A stretch of 63,008 nucleotides of DNA, filler included. It is 11 parts of 11 records of this genome, joined end to end, with 100 filler letters (N's around TTAATTAATTAA, not from the genome) between each part and the next. Parts side by side here need not be neighbours in the genome. Positions count along the whole stretch, not along the records: positions 1 to 7,118 come from SRR7504441_10157; positions 7,219 to 13,789 come from SRR7504441_10160; 9 more parts are not named here. One strand, 5' to 3'. Numbering within the stretch: position 1 is the first letter of the stretch; each line of letters begins with the position of its first letter. Below are positions 1 to 12,104 of this stretch, piece by piece. The notes under the pieces were generated by a model. That model was given only the letters and a program-made list of their open reading frames with translations. It was not told where the DNA came from and made no database searches. A program made the translations under genes and the position numbers.

Positions 1-792
1 GAGGTCGCCAACTGCGCCAGCCCTGGCGGCGCTCCCAAGACTATTGAGGGCGCGACGCTCAAGCTGGCCACCCGGTACAACGGCAACTGGGAGTCCTCGA
101 GGAGCTTCATGAGAAGGCTTGTCTTCTACCCAGGGACTGCGCTGTCGACGGAGGTGATTCAGGCAGAGATGGCGACCTCCAAACTCGAACTCGAGGCACA
201 CAAGCTCGAGACTCAGAAGAAGGAGGAGCTGGTTCAGCTCGGCGAGGCACCTGCGGTGGTGGAGGAGCTGGCTGGGTCGATCGATCGTGTGCTTAAGGTC
301 AAACTTCCTGAGGGCCCGGAGGATAAACTTGCAGCTGAGGTGGACAGCAAGTTGGGTCTGCCAAGCAAGGCTACACAGCACGAGCAAGATGCCACCAGCG
401 ATGCACCCGAAGCAGGCAAGCTGGCTGGAGAGATCGACAAACAGCTGTGGAGCAATCACGCGCTGAGCCGGAACAAGGCAACAATGAACGACAAGCTGTC
501 GCAGCTGGAGGCGCAGGCGGCTGCTCTGAAGAAAGTGGACAAGCTGAAGAAGCAAGCCAACCCCAAGCTGAGCCCGTGCTGCCGCACTTGCTCCAAGTTG
601 AGCTCTTCGGAGACAGCCCTCCTCAAGGCGGACTGCTCCGGCTGCCCTGCGGCAGTCCAGGTGGCCCAGAAGACTCTTGAGGCCAAGGTGGTGAAATCGA
701 GCGACAAGAACCTGAGTCCTTCCTGTCAAGCTTGCAAAAGGTTGAGCTCCTCGGAGGTTAAGCTCATCAAAGCAGACTGTGGCGGCTGCTAG
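1..792 (+). CDS. 5'-truncated protein: end of a possible LamG/ConA-like domain, coiled coil, and two C-terminal CxxC-x14-CxxC repeats
   Basis: Frame 1 is open from base 1 to TAG at 790-792. 'SFMRRLVFYPGTALSTEVIQ' resembles the end of LamG-like domains. The 27-aa Cys motif is duplicated at 565-645 and 709-789. Confidence 0.6.
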   Translation, partial: EVANCASPGGAPKTIEGATLKLATRYNGNWESSRSFMRRLVFYPGTALSTEVIQAEMATSKLELEAHKLETQKKEELVQLGEAPAVVEELAGSIDRVLKVKLPEGPEDKLAAEVDSKLGLPSKATQHEQDATSDAPEAGKLAGEIDKQLWSNHALSRNKATMNDKLSQLEAQAAALKKVDKLKKQANPKLSPCCRTCSKLSSSETALLKADCSGCPAAVQVAQKTLEAKVVKSSDKNLSPSCQACKRLSSSEVKLIKADCGGC

Positions 793-1156
793 GCGGCTGT
801 CAAGCAAAGGTTAGTCAGAGTGCAGTGGTACTTATGCACTTTCAATACTACGGAGTTACTACGGAGTGTGTGATGAGCTGATGATCGCCGGCCTTCTCAT
901 TTTAGTGTCGGTTATCATGAGAATTTCATACGTATTATTTTCAGGAATGTAGCAATAAAACTTTCCCTACAATACAACATCCTAGGGCTATAGAGATCAC
1001 CATGCACATGTATCATTCATTTGGCATGTTTGCTAGCGGCGGCACTCAATCATTCTACACCGGCAAGGCCTATCTAGGCCGACTAAAAATGAGCTATACT
1101 CGAAAGTTGTTGTAAGCAGATTCTCGAGCTATCTGCTCGAAGAAGTGCGAGCTCGC

Positions 1157-2544
1157 TCACTTCTTCCTGGGGCCCCACAGCACAGCGTTGTCCCTCTCAG
1201 GCCCGGCGCTCACTCCAGTCATATCGTACACGGGGTCGCTAGAGTCGAGCGTGCCGTGTTGCTTGGAACGGAGCGGCTCAGCCCAGACCTCGGCCATGTA
1301 GTTGTCGTGCCCGTAGTACGGGTAGCCACTGGACAGCGAGATCTCGTTCACCACACATCCGGACGGATTGCCACGCGACAGGAAAATGTCCACTCGTACG
1401 TACTCGATCGCAGCGGCCTTTGCGAGCCTCTCAGCTGTATCGGCCACGCACACTAGGTACCCTTGCTCCCGGACCCACTGGACCCGCTCGGAGCCCTCGG
1501 GCGGCTGCTTGAACAGGGCACCCATCATCGAATTGTAGTCCTCGGTGGCTTGTGGCGTGTAGATCGTGGTAGAGTCAAGGTGAATCAGGTAGGTCCTGCC
1601 CCAGAGGACCTCCGCCCGCACCTCGATCAGCCCCTTGAGCATGCGGCCGCTCGCCTACCCGACCCGATCAGCCCGGCCCGCAGCCGGCTCAAGCACCTCG
1701 CCGGCGCCCTCCTTCTCACGCATTGGCGACTGCAGCAGGAAGCCTGGATCGAGTGAAGCTGTCACCAGGTCCCCCTCCTTGGCCCAGACCCGGTCCTTGT
1801 CATGCGGCCGGAAGGCCCACTTCTTCTCAATGTAGCTGGGCATTTCGCCGGAGCCCCACTCGCTATCAAAGTCCTTCTGGCTCGCGAGGAGCCGAGTACC
1901 GTACGACGAGTGCTGGGTGAGGTGGCAGGCCTTCAGGAACATCGGCCAGCCGCCCCATTTGGCAGCCGCCCCGGCGGCCTCGATCTTGCCCGGCAGTTCT
2001 TCCTTGAACTTGTCCAGATCGCGCCAGACTCCGTGCAGGGTGGGGTGCGGGATCTTGTTGTTCTTCATGAACTGGAACATGACGCAACGGTCCTTCTCGA
2101 GCATGAAGTCCCTCCGGCCGGTGGCCTGCAGTTGCTTGAGCATCGTCTTGACCCTGGCATGGATCATGTGTTTCCACGCGGTCCCCGGGGGGCCGGGCTC
2201 GGTGGCGGCCCAGTACGGATGGAGCTTGAACTCCTTTGCCGCCGCGATGAACTCAGCCTTCACCTTCTTGCTGTAGGCCGCGGCCGACGGGTTGGTGAAC
2301 GGCAACATGTGCGGGATATTGACGACCTGCCCGGGCTCGCCCCGCCCGGCGGAGCGGATGGCACCAAGTCAAAGTGCCAAGGATACTCCACGCGCATCTC
2401 GTCGATCAGCGAGTGGGCCCCGCCGAAGCCCTTGGAGTTTTCGTTGGCCAGGGTAAGCGCAATGTACACCACGAGCGACACATGGTAGCCCACGTAGGCC
2501 ACCACCGCCGCCAGCACCGGGAAGAGTACTTTGCCGATCCCCAT
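1157..2544 (-). CDS. Membrane-anchored TupA-like ATP-grasp protein (3 exons)
   Basis: N-terminal hydrophobic anchor (MGIGKVLFPVLAAVVAYVGY). GT-AG introns at 2327-2364 and 1655-1696 join the ORFs in frame. Motifs DRCVMFQFM...PTLHGVW, FLKACH and YVRVDIF...VVNEISLSSG match the ATP-grasp_TupA pattern. Confidence 0.65.
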
Positions 2545-2874
2545 CGTCCAACTGACCGCCGGAGTGCTCAATCGTTCACGCAACGTCATCATCTGGAGAC
2601 CTGGGGAGTCCCCTGCGTCGTAGCAGCTGCGAACAGCTCGTTTATGGTGGATCGGTTGGATGATTTCATGGATAGCGTCGACTCTTATCGGGTTGCACCA
2701 GACCAAGGAACACCGGGGCTCCAACCCCGTGCTAGCAGACCGCGCCCCTCCCCCTACTACCCCCCTACCTCCCCCTGAGCGCCTTAGTGTCGTGCCTGAC
2801 ATTTGCCATGCATGCGGATTTTGCGAATAATTTGCGAGGCTGCCTAGCTGCAATGAATCCGCCCTAGCCAGTAG

Positions 2875-4977
2875 ATGTCTATCGAGGACATTGCCCGGGG
2901 CCGGGTGCCGCTCTCGCGCGGCCCGTCGGTCGAGCCGCCACCCGCCCCGGCCGGCGAGCTCCGGGACACCGCTCGCGAGCTCGAGGCGCTCTTCGACGAG
3001 TTCCAGGCCCTGGCCGCCCGGGGCCGCCGGCTCACTCGGTGCGGCCAGTCCCTGCGGAACGCGATCTCTGCCGAGTCCGAGCTGCCCTCCCCGCCCCGGT
3101 CGCTCCCGCCCTCAGGTGCCCCGGCCGCCCCGGCCGTCCGCTGAGCCGCCCGCAGAGCTGCTGTCCACCCCCGCGGCAACGCGGCCCAGCAGCCTGATCT
3201 CGACTGCTGGATCTGTGGCGTCGCGGCCGGCTCCCCGCCCAGCCGAGCTGGGGCTGCGGGACCGGGAGATGGCTACAATGCGGCAGAACCAGGACTCGAT
3301 AGGCGTGCTGCTCAAAGCGCACGACGAGAAGAGCTCACGGTAAGCGGGCAGCCGGCTGCTGGGCTCAGGCGGTGTCAGGCTGGAGGGCGAGCTTAGCGAG
3401 ACCAAGGAGCAGCTGCGGCAGCAGCAGCGGCGGAACCAGGCGCGCGTGGGTGCGGCCGACGGCGGCTGAGTGGTTTGTGGCAGCAACTGAGTGAGAGCAA
3501 GGCCCTGCAGAGCCGTCAGATAGAGCAGCAGGCGAGGCAGCAGGCCAGCAACATCAAGTAGCCCGGCCCGGCTGGACTGGCCGAGCCGAGGCGGCAGGGT
3601 AGCTCGGCAGATCGAGCACGAGAAGTCGCACGCTCTGACAGCGCAGGCGCCTATACTAGAAGTGATCAACACTTTGGAGAGCGATGGCGCGGCCAAGGAG
3701 CGGAGGATCGATGGACTGGAAGACGAGATTAAGGCGGGCAGACTGCCGGGCGGGGGCGAGCGGGCTGGGGGCAGAGCCTGAAGAAGATGGTGAGAGAGAA
3801 GGATAAGGCGATTGATAAACTGTCGAGCGAGCTGGAAGATAGGAAGGTCGCGCCTGATTACGATCTGACGTCGCAGCTGCAGGCACCGGCCGGGCGGGGG
3901 AGGGCTGACGGCGGGGCAGAACGACATCCAGATGCTGCTGCACACTGTCGAGCAGCTGCAGGGGGAGAACCAGACGCTGACCAGGCTGGACAACGAGAAG
4001 TCGAGTGCGATAGCAGAACTGAACCTACAGCTGGAGGAACAGGCGGGTGGCTGTGGGGTGCCAGCTGAGCGGGGGGCAGGGGGACGAGGAGCACCGGGTC
4101 GTGCATCTGCAGAACCAGCTGCAGCACAAGGAGATGCAGCACAAGGAGATGGAGCACCAAATACACACACTCCAGCTGGTGCTCTGCGGGATCTGCTTGG
4201 GTGGCGAGCCGCGGGGCAGGCGGAGCAGCGGCGGACCAAGCAGCTGCTCAAGCAAGAGAAGGAGCAGGACCCGGCGCTGACGGCCAAGGAGTGGATGGGC
4301 GAGCGCAGGGCGCTGCAGGCGAGCCCCTGCATAGTGCCCTGTCGAGTGCAGGCACAGGGGCAAGTCAAGAAACTTTCAGAGGACAAACAGACGGCCGAGA
4401 GGAGCATAAAAGCGCAGGACGGCCGGATAGCCACGTTGCAGCGGCACTTGTCGAGTATAACGCAGGCAGTCAAGGAGTCTAGGGACAGGAGGACGCCATC
4501 GTTTGTGCCGGAGCTCGGTGCGCTAGGTGCTGGCTCGGGCTGAAACTGGGGCAGAAGGGCGGGGCAACTTGAGGGAAGAGGACGAGTACGAGGAGTACGA
4601 GGAGGATTACGAGCGGTGGGTGCCCGCGACCATGTACCATTTCCTGGAGACGGAGATCCAGGTACGGCTCGGGTCGGGCTGGTGGCTGATCAGCAAGGCA
4701 GGTAATGCGGGCCAGTCTGGAAGAGCGGGACCAGATGCTTCTAGAACGGGATGAGACCACGGAGGCGCTCGAGCGGAAGGTTGAAGTGCTGACCAAGGCC
4801 AAGGCGGCGGATAGCACCCGTGGGCAGCGTGAGATTAGCAGGCTCCAGTCGGAGCTGGACGAGACTCGCGCCTCGTACGCTAAGAGGGCGAGCCAGATCC
4901 CGAGGGCGACGCCCGGTCGGACCCCGGGGAGGTCAGTGGGCCGCCGGACCCCGGGCCGCAAGTCGACCCCGCGCTAG
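2875..4977 (+). CDS. Coiled-coil protein, about 10 short introns
   Basis: E/Q/K/L-rich heptad exons are joined in frame by 33-44 nt introns (e.g. 3116-3155, 3340-3378, 3734-3774, 3883-3919, 4043-4079). It ends in a basic TPGR repeat and TAG. Confidence 0.7.
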
Positions 4978-5179
4978 ATTGTAATCATAGAGCATCGCAA
5001 CAGTGTAAGTAGAGCGCGTATCTCGCCGGAGAGCTTCATTGACAAGTATTATTTAAAAACTGTGACACCTGCTAGACACCTGCACGAGTTACGGCGCTCC
5101 TGTGCGCGGTTGCGTCTAAATCTCGAGAATGCGAAGCAGTTCGGTGACAGGCTGGAGGCATACTAGCGGCACTTTTGCC

Positions 5180-7118
5180 TTACTTTGGCAACCGAGTCAC
5201 ATAGACGATGACGTGAACGATAGACCCCCCTCCTCCATCAGCTCCAGTGCCAATCCAATTCTGGACTACCAATGCACTTTGTGATCTGGAGCACAAATCT
5301 GCAGCAGAATTCCCCCAAATGTCAACAAAAACATAGAGCTGAGCGAAAGAAACCAAACCCAGAACCGTAATGTACAAACTTTGTGCCCTAACCGGTTTGG
5401 CAACGTTGGTTCGTGCCCGTCGCCACGTGCAGTCTCGGGATCCTCTGGGGGCTTACGGAGCAGGAAGGGATAAAAGCTAACCAGCAAGACTGTGCAAGCT
5501 AGTGTAATAAAAAACGAGGGCTGCCACTGCTGAGGCTTGGGCGATTGATACTTGGTGTACCCCATGGCGAGGCACGCAATCATCCAGCAAAAGAGGGCTC
5601 CATTTGAGAGACAAAAGACGATCGACTGGATATGCCGCGCCTTCTCCGTGAAGACTTCGCGACCTTTCTCTGTCCCCAGGCCTCCAATACAGACCCGTGT
5701 TAAGACCGAGATTGAAGCCGAAGCAACAGCAAGGCCGAAGGCCCCAGCAGTCATGATGAAGTAGTAGTAGCTCACCCACTCCTCTGGCGCAAGTGCATCG
5801 GAGAACATCATTTCGTAGCATGTGTTTCCTGCAACAAAGCCTGCGGTGACAATGTGCATGCCAATCTGCGCTTCGAATTTGGCATAGTCCTTCTCCTTCT
5901 CCCCTTCGAGAGTGTCATTCTTAAGCTCCCGTCGTCGCAATTGGAAGAAGGTAGGGCAAAGATAAACAGATGCAGCAATGATGATGGCAAGACAGCTGAT
6001 TGCAACGGGCCTCACTGAGTCGGAGACAATCTCATACTTATCTGGTGGATTGTAGGCGTTATTCTTCATGTCACCAAGCAGCAATACTGCAAACAAAATG
6101 CTGAGGACAGTGACAGCGGCTGCAACCAGCGTGAGATAGTATACAAACCACATGCGGCCCGAAAAGATGTAGCGCAAGCGGTCTGTGGGTAGCTGCGACA
6201 TCAAGCTATTGTAGGCTGAAGACCAGTAAAGCACTGCAATGCTTGCGCAGAAGCAGATCGACAGCGTGTGCATGTACCAATCGATCTTACCCTGCGTCTG
6301 CCAATCTGCAACCTTTTTGTAGAAATCGGCGGCGAAATAAGCATAGCCACCCAGGAACAGCACCTTGCATCAAAACATGTGCTCAGCATCAGGCAAGCAA
6401 CTTAGAAGAGCAAGCAGGCACTCACCCCTGCAGCCACTACATTCATGGATTCCCGGCGCTTCAATTCCCGTGTCAGAGTCAGGTCCCCATCTGGAATCTC
6501 CTCGAGAGCTGCAGCGTTCTGGGCTGCCCTTGTCGAGTCGTTGCCCTCTAGCCGCCGCAACTTGAACACCTGGTGATAGCAGCGTTGCATCCAAATCGCA
6601 ATGACACCGATAATGACAGCAGCACTACCAGTGTACCAGTACGTTGCCCAAATGTACATGTAGCGATTGGGCGTTACGGTCTGGTCCCAGACCTTGATGT
6701 GACCGTACATGCCGAACACTGCGAGCCATGCTGCAAGAGATAACTTGTAATTGAAGTCACAAAAATTTGCCATCCAGCTTACTTCAAAGGCGAAGCGCAT
6801 TCTCTTCTTCTGGTTAGGCAGCTCGTTGGCCATGACTGAAATGAAGCTATCGTAGATGATGCATGTGAGACCAGCTATCACAGAGAGCGCGTTTAGAATG
6901 ATGTAGGTGTCAAGTACAGTTTCTTTTGGCTGCATGTACATGACATCCGAGTTCATGGTCACCACATTGTAGATTCCATACCCCACAGCAAATGTAGCCA
7001 TACATGCAGAATTGTTGGTCTTCTGCATGAGGCTGGCAAACTGAGCCTGGGTTTCTTCGGGGCTTGCATTCTTGTCATACACAGTGAAGAAGGTTCGACG
7101 CAGGACCTCGTCCACCTG
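5180..7118 (-). CDS. 5'-truncated polytopic membrane protein with at least three tandem ~4-TM repeats (Orai-like fold possible)
   Basis: ORFs 6402-7115 and 5266-6363 are joined by a GT-AG intron (~6364-6425). Three internally similar units start MATFAVGYGIYNV / VLFLGGYAYFAAD / TAGFVAGNTCYEM. The 3' end is uncertain. Confidence 0.7.
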
Positions 7119-7218
7119 NNNNNNNNNNNNNNNNNNNNNNNNNNNNNNNNNNNNNNNNNNNNTTAATTAATTAANNNNNNNNNNNNNNNNNNNNNNNNNN
7201 NNNNNNNNNNNNNNNNNN
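7119..7218. other. Artificial contig spacer (44N-TTAATTAATTAA-44N)
   Basis: Identical 100-bp structure occurs ten times. TTAATTAATTAA puts stops in all six frames, and flanking genes are cut off. Confidence 0.98.
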
Positions 7219-7767
7219 GGGGGGCATGGAGCTGTCAGGGCCGAGCGAGGGGGTGGCGGCGTTCGAGCCTCCGAGTCTGGCCCGCAACGAGCCGGTGCGG
7301 GAGTCCAGCGAGCCCGAGGGATGCGACGGCGACCCACCACCAGAGAAACGGCCCCGGCTATCGCTAGGGGGTCTGGGACTGCCGCCGCCCAGCTCCTGAG
7401 AGGAGCTAAGACTGCGGTGGTCACTGGATACCCTGACTTCTCGTGGCGTTTGAAATGAGTTGAAAGATTGCAAGCTTTGTTGTGTGACAAATCAATTACA
7501 ATTGAATGGGTGTTTATATCCTTTGCAATCATGGACTTTAAAATGTACGTGTGCTTACTTTGTGCTGCCTGAAGATTACCTAATTGATTAATTAAAGGCC
7601 AATTGTGCTCAGCGAGGTCACAACGTGATGCCTGCTTACAGTAATGCCAATTGGAATTTATTTGCATTACAATGTTATGTTGCCTCGAATCAGCTCACGA
7701 TCATGCACTACATGGAAATGCAATTAACACTGAGCTTGTGTCGGATCATTTTATCACGAGATGTGCC

Positions 7768-8245
7768 TCACCAGAGCGCGGCAAACAGCACCAGCAGGCC
7801 AGCGAGCAGCCCCATCGAAGCCCTCTGTGCGCTGTTCACCGTGAATTTGATTTCGAACAAATTGCTTTCCGGTTGACTATCCTCGTAGGTCCATTCATAC
7901 TGGCCCAACCGTCAGCCCCAGCTCAGTCTAACCCAACCCAGCCGGCCATAACAGCCTAGCGTATAGCTAGATTAAGCGCACCGAGCACGAGTGGACATCC
8001 CAGTAGATAGGACAGTAAGCCTCTTTCATACCACAAGCCTTGCACCTGTCTCCATCCACATTTATCTCCAATCCAGTCGGAAAGACGGAGGCCGACGGCA
8101 AGTCGTCGCCTGAGCAAGCTACGGCCCCGGTTGGTGCGTCCTTGCAGTTGCCGTCGCTCGAGCAGTCGTCAACCTCCTCCTCGGCTATCATCTTCGACTC
8201 GAGGATACAAAGATGGACAAATATTGTGCAACATGTCGCTCTCAT
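7768..8245 (-). CDS. Small Cys-rich, probably GPI-anchored surface protein (5' end uncertain)
   Basis: Cys-rich exon, then GT-AG intron 7900-7981, then YEWTYEDSQPESNLFEIKFTVNSAQRASMGLLAGLLVLFAALW*, a typical omega-site plus hydrophobic tail. Confidence 0.5.
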
Positions 8246-10687
8246 TCCGACTAGAGAGTGCTCTGAGTTCAGTCACGGCAGAAGATGTATCCAGCCCACG
8301 ATTGAGCGACTCAGAGAGTGTTTTGATATCCGCCATGGTCGCTTTCAAGTTATCCTGCCGTACTTTACCCGTCAATGCATTGTGGTCTCCCTCTAGGCAT
8401 GTATCACCCGGACCGCTAGACCAAATTGCTTTGCCATTCTCCGGTCTCCCTTATCTGCAATTGTGGTGCAGCCCCGATTGATAAACTGGCCACAACGGAC
8501 TTGACTGTTTCTCAGCGAATCAGTACACCTGGAACCAGCCAGGTCATGCTTTAACACCGCTGGACGCACCTTTGGAGCCCAACCAGTAGCATCTCGCCGC
8601 CATTCGAGACCTCTACATCATCAAGACTTTGCCGCAGCTCCATGTTCCTGCTGTCGGCCGCCTGATACAGATGCTCAAACTCCGCAGCTTCTTCCTGCGC
8701 GGCTTTGATCTGGTTGTGCAGTGACTCCCGCGCCTCAAGCTCTCGTTGAGAGGCCTGCTCCCTCAGTATTTTGTCTGTGTGCTCCTTACTAGAAAGCCAT
8801 TGCTTAAAGCTTGGGAAGACTTCGTTCATCTGCATCCGTCTCATGCATGTTAGCATGATTCTCTTCAGGCGAGTGTTCCTTACGAACGAAAGCTTTGCTA
8901 TCCGCTCCTCTTGTCGTTTCAGCTCCTTCTGATGTGACGCCTCTTGCCTGGTGTTGCAGTGAGGATCGCAGTAAGGGCTCAGATTACCTGGCCAGCTGCT
9001 GGACTAGTTCATGATTCTGTCTCTCAGTCTCCATCAAAAGTCTGGCCAGCTCGTCTGCCTCTGCAGTGCACTGCCCTGAAACGCGCTCCTGCCTAACAGC
9101 CATGTCTCAGGGGTTGATCAGGCAGGAATGACGTACCTCCTAACTGCAGCCTTGCTAGAGACCCTGCTCTGATCGAGTTGCGACTCCAGCCACAGCCTGT
9201 GCTCTTCGGCCGCTCCCACTTGCACACCCAGCTGCGCAGCATTTTCAGCGTGACCAGCCGGGCATACAGTCAGCTTATTCCAGATCTGAACGAGCCCATC
9301 TGCCTTGGACACGCTCCAGAGCACCCTCCGTTCCAACCAAGCGGCCCTGGTTAGTATGTTCACCGGTGTGTGGTGCCCCTCTAGTTTCCTCAAGCATTGC
9401 AGAGAGCTAGGGTCTCTCAGCCAGAGAGAGCTGTCTTGACCACACGTCAGAATATGAGGCCCTAGCTGCACAATGTCACTAATTCTGCCATGCTCTCGGT
9501 CGTGCTGCTGCCTTGTGAGCGCGTGATTCTCGTGCGCTGACCATGCCCGCAGTGTCCCGTTTTCATACCCACACACAACTGCATTGCTTAGTGCTAGTGC
9601 ACAAGTGCAAGCAAACCCTGTGGACCCAGATTCCGGTACAGAGTTGCCACAGCCGTCATCCGTCGGCCTGAGCTCGTGCCGAGGTTGCTTGCAGCCTGTC
9701 ACCCATACCAGCACCAGCCCGTCTTCGGAACCACACCAGAGGTTGCCGCCCAGTGGCAGTGTCCAGAGGCACCCTGCTGTGTGCCCATGCAACTCTACGA
9801 GCATGCGGCCATCCCGTCCCCACATCACCACAGTGAAGTCCAGACCACCGCTCCAGACGACCGGCCTCTCGGGGTCTGGAGAGATGGACGTTACTCCGCC
9901 CTTGTGCCTGCGCAGTTCTTGCACTGTGGCTCCTGAAGCGGCCTTGAACACTACAATCGCCTGGCCAGCCGAGTCAACATTGCCAGCGAGTTACAGCACC
10001 CCCATCTGACTTCCAGCCCAGACGCTGTCGGGCTGATCCTGTAGGCCTACGGCGGACAGACACTTGAATCTGTACGACGCATCTTTAAACTGCCCACAGG
10101 CTCAGCCGAGACCCTTAGCGTGCTAGCACCGTGACTGTCCTTGTCACCGTTCCTTGGGAGACCTGCCGGACCCGGATACTGCCATCTTGCTCGCTCGTCC
10201 AGACCTCGGACCCGACCACGGCGGCGCACAGCACTTGCGCTTGGAAGGATGCAGCACCCACTCTGCAGGCACTGTCAGGCTATCGCGGTGTTGCAGCGTA
10301 CTCCTCCCGGTTGGTGTGGTGGCCTGAGGGTGCCGACAGCAGATCTGTGGGCCGTCGCCGCCTGGCGGACCGATGGCAGGCTGACTTGCGAGGACTGGCG
10401 GTGGCTGGCCTCCGAGGCAACAGCCTGACATGCCCCGCTTCAATGCACAGCCTGGCAGTGGATGGTCAGCGTGTCACCCCACTGCCGGGGGCTGTATGCG
10501 AAGCCGCGGTGCTGTCTGGGGTCTTAGGCCAGGGCTGACAGCGGCTCCCGTCGGGCTTGCAGCTGGCGCCAGCCACGGGCTCAGGCCAGCCCTGTGTAAG
10601 CGGGTCGGTCGCAGCATGGCAGCACTGGGGCAGGCACCCGCGAGGGCTCGGCTGCCGACCGTAGACTGCCCGCCGCCTCTCGGGCAT
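8169..10687 (-). CDS. WD40-repeat protein with C-terminal coiled coil (multi-exon, ends approximate)
   Basis: WD repeats (HKGGVTSI...WSGGLDFTVVMW; GHTAGC...CGSEDGLVLVW; GHH) in 9118-9951, with upstream VWTSEQDGSIRV exon and downstream coiled-coil exons. Confidence 0.7.
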
Positions 10688-10848
10688 TGAGGTTCCAGAA
10701 ACGGACGGAGCAGTGAGCCGGTGAACCGGTAGGGATCCCTAGGCGTCTAGAGTCTAGAATGATCTGCGTTCGCACACGTAGCAAGTCTAGTCTAAATGTA
10801 CAATAAGTCTTAGAATAAGAATTCTAATATGAATTCTTATGTAGTTTA

Positions 10849-11790
10849 CTATTCGTCGCTCTCCCAAATAGTTGCAGAATCGTCCATTAGTGCCATAATC
10901 TCATCCTTTGACGGCGCTCTGTCTCTAAACGCAAACTGATATCCAACGACCTTCAGCCTGGCCAAAATGCCAGTCTTCTCAAGGGCCAGTGCAGGAGTCA
11001 AAACCCCGCATCGTGTCGGCCCCTCCGCCAGAATCGAAAGTGCTCCTTGGATCAAGCAAACAGCCGACCCAAGATACCTGCAACCAGAGCCTTCAGAGAA
11101 AGCAACACACCACACAGCACCCGCACGCTAGCCCGGATCCTTTGGGCGCCGAGACCAGCAGGGTGACGGTCCGGTTGTGGCTGTGTGCGACGTAGAAATG
11201 CTTCAACCAGGCGTCGTTCGACTGTTGCTCAGTCGGCCCCTCACCCACCTTGGGCAGTCTGCCGAGCTGAATCAGCTTGCGCGTCATGCTGGTGTCCGGC
11301 CGTGCCACGGTGGTCATGGCCAGCATGCCTGCTGTGCTCTCATCCGGGCACACGGTCACCATCTGCACGCCCAGCGCCTGGGAGCTGCCCCTGAACCCGT
11401 CAGACCCTTCCTCTATCAGTCTGCTGTTATGCAGCCGGACCGCTCGACAGACTGGCCGTTGGAGCACGTGCGGCACCACCCACACCCCGTACGCCGGCTC
11501 CAGCACAGGGGCGGTCAGATCTGTGGATTCCGTCCAGCGATCCCCCAGCTCACAGGCGGGTCCAGGCGAGCCAGCAGCCGACAGAGGTGCCGCCCGACCG
11601 TCCCTGAGGCCCCGTACACGATCAGGTCCACCTTGCCGCCCGGCCGATCCTCGCCGTCGGATTCAAAATAGCGCCGGATCGCCGCCTGTGGCCAGCCCAC
11701 CGCCTCGGGCGGAGCCTCCAGCCCGATCAGGGCATACTCCTGCTCCAGCTCGGCGATCAGCGCGGCTGCCGCCTCCGACGCGCCAGCCAT
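10849..11790 (-). pseudogene. Saccharopine dehydrogenase-like oxidoreductase with central deletion/frameshift (pseudogene or misassembly)
   Basis: Rossmann motif DLIVYGASGTVG...WGIAGRN is followed directly by a stop. A different frame then gives C-terminal family motifs (WVVPHVLQRPVCRAVR, LPKVGEGPTEQQ, CGVLTPALAL). The central part normally present in this family is missing. Confidence 0.6.
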
Positions 11791-12104
11791 GCCCGCCAGG
11801 CCGGGGGAGTGGGCGGCTGGCACACACACTCTGGAGGAGCCCTGTCAGTAAAAGTCCGTTTGCTTCGACAGTCCAGCCACCGCTAATAATTAAGCACCGG
11901 GCGATATCGCGTATGGCCGCCATGCATGGCGGACTTACTCGTAGTGACAGATTAGGTGGTATGAGCTTTAGGGCCTCGACTTTTTAATAAATGTATTCAT
12001 AATTATGTGATTATCTAGTGACACCAAGACTCATAGGGAGTACGAAGTCCGAGTATTTGATTGCACAATCATGCATAAACCAGCATCATCAGTATAAACC
12101 AGTA

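Noticed and set aside
880-920. 3'UTR hairpin beginning ATGA as a SECIS
   Set aside because: The ATGA is Watson-Crick paired, with no tandem GA/AG core and no apical AA, and no in-frame TGA is visible in the upstream ORF.
1655-1696. In-frame TAG between collinear ORFs suggesting stop-codon reassignment
   Set aside because: The TAG is the 3' splice site of a 42-nt GT-AG intron, and TAA, TAG and TGA all end well-conserved genes elsewhere in the window.
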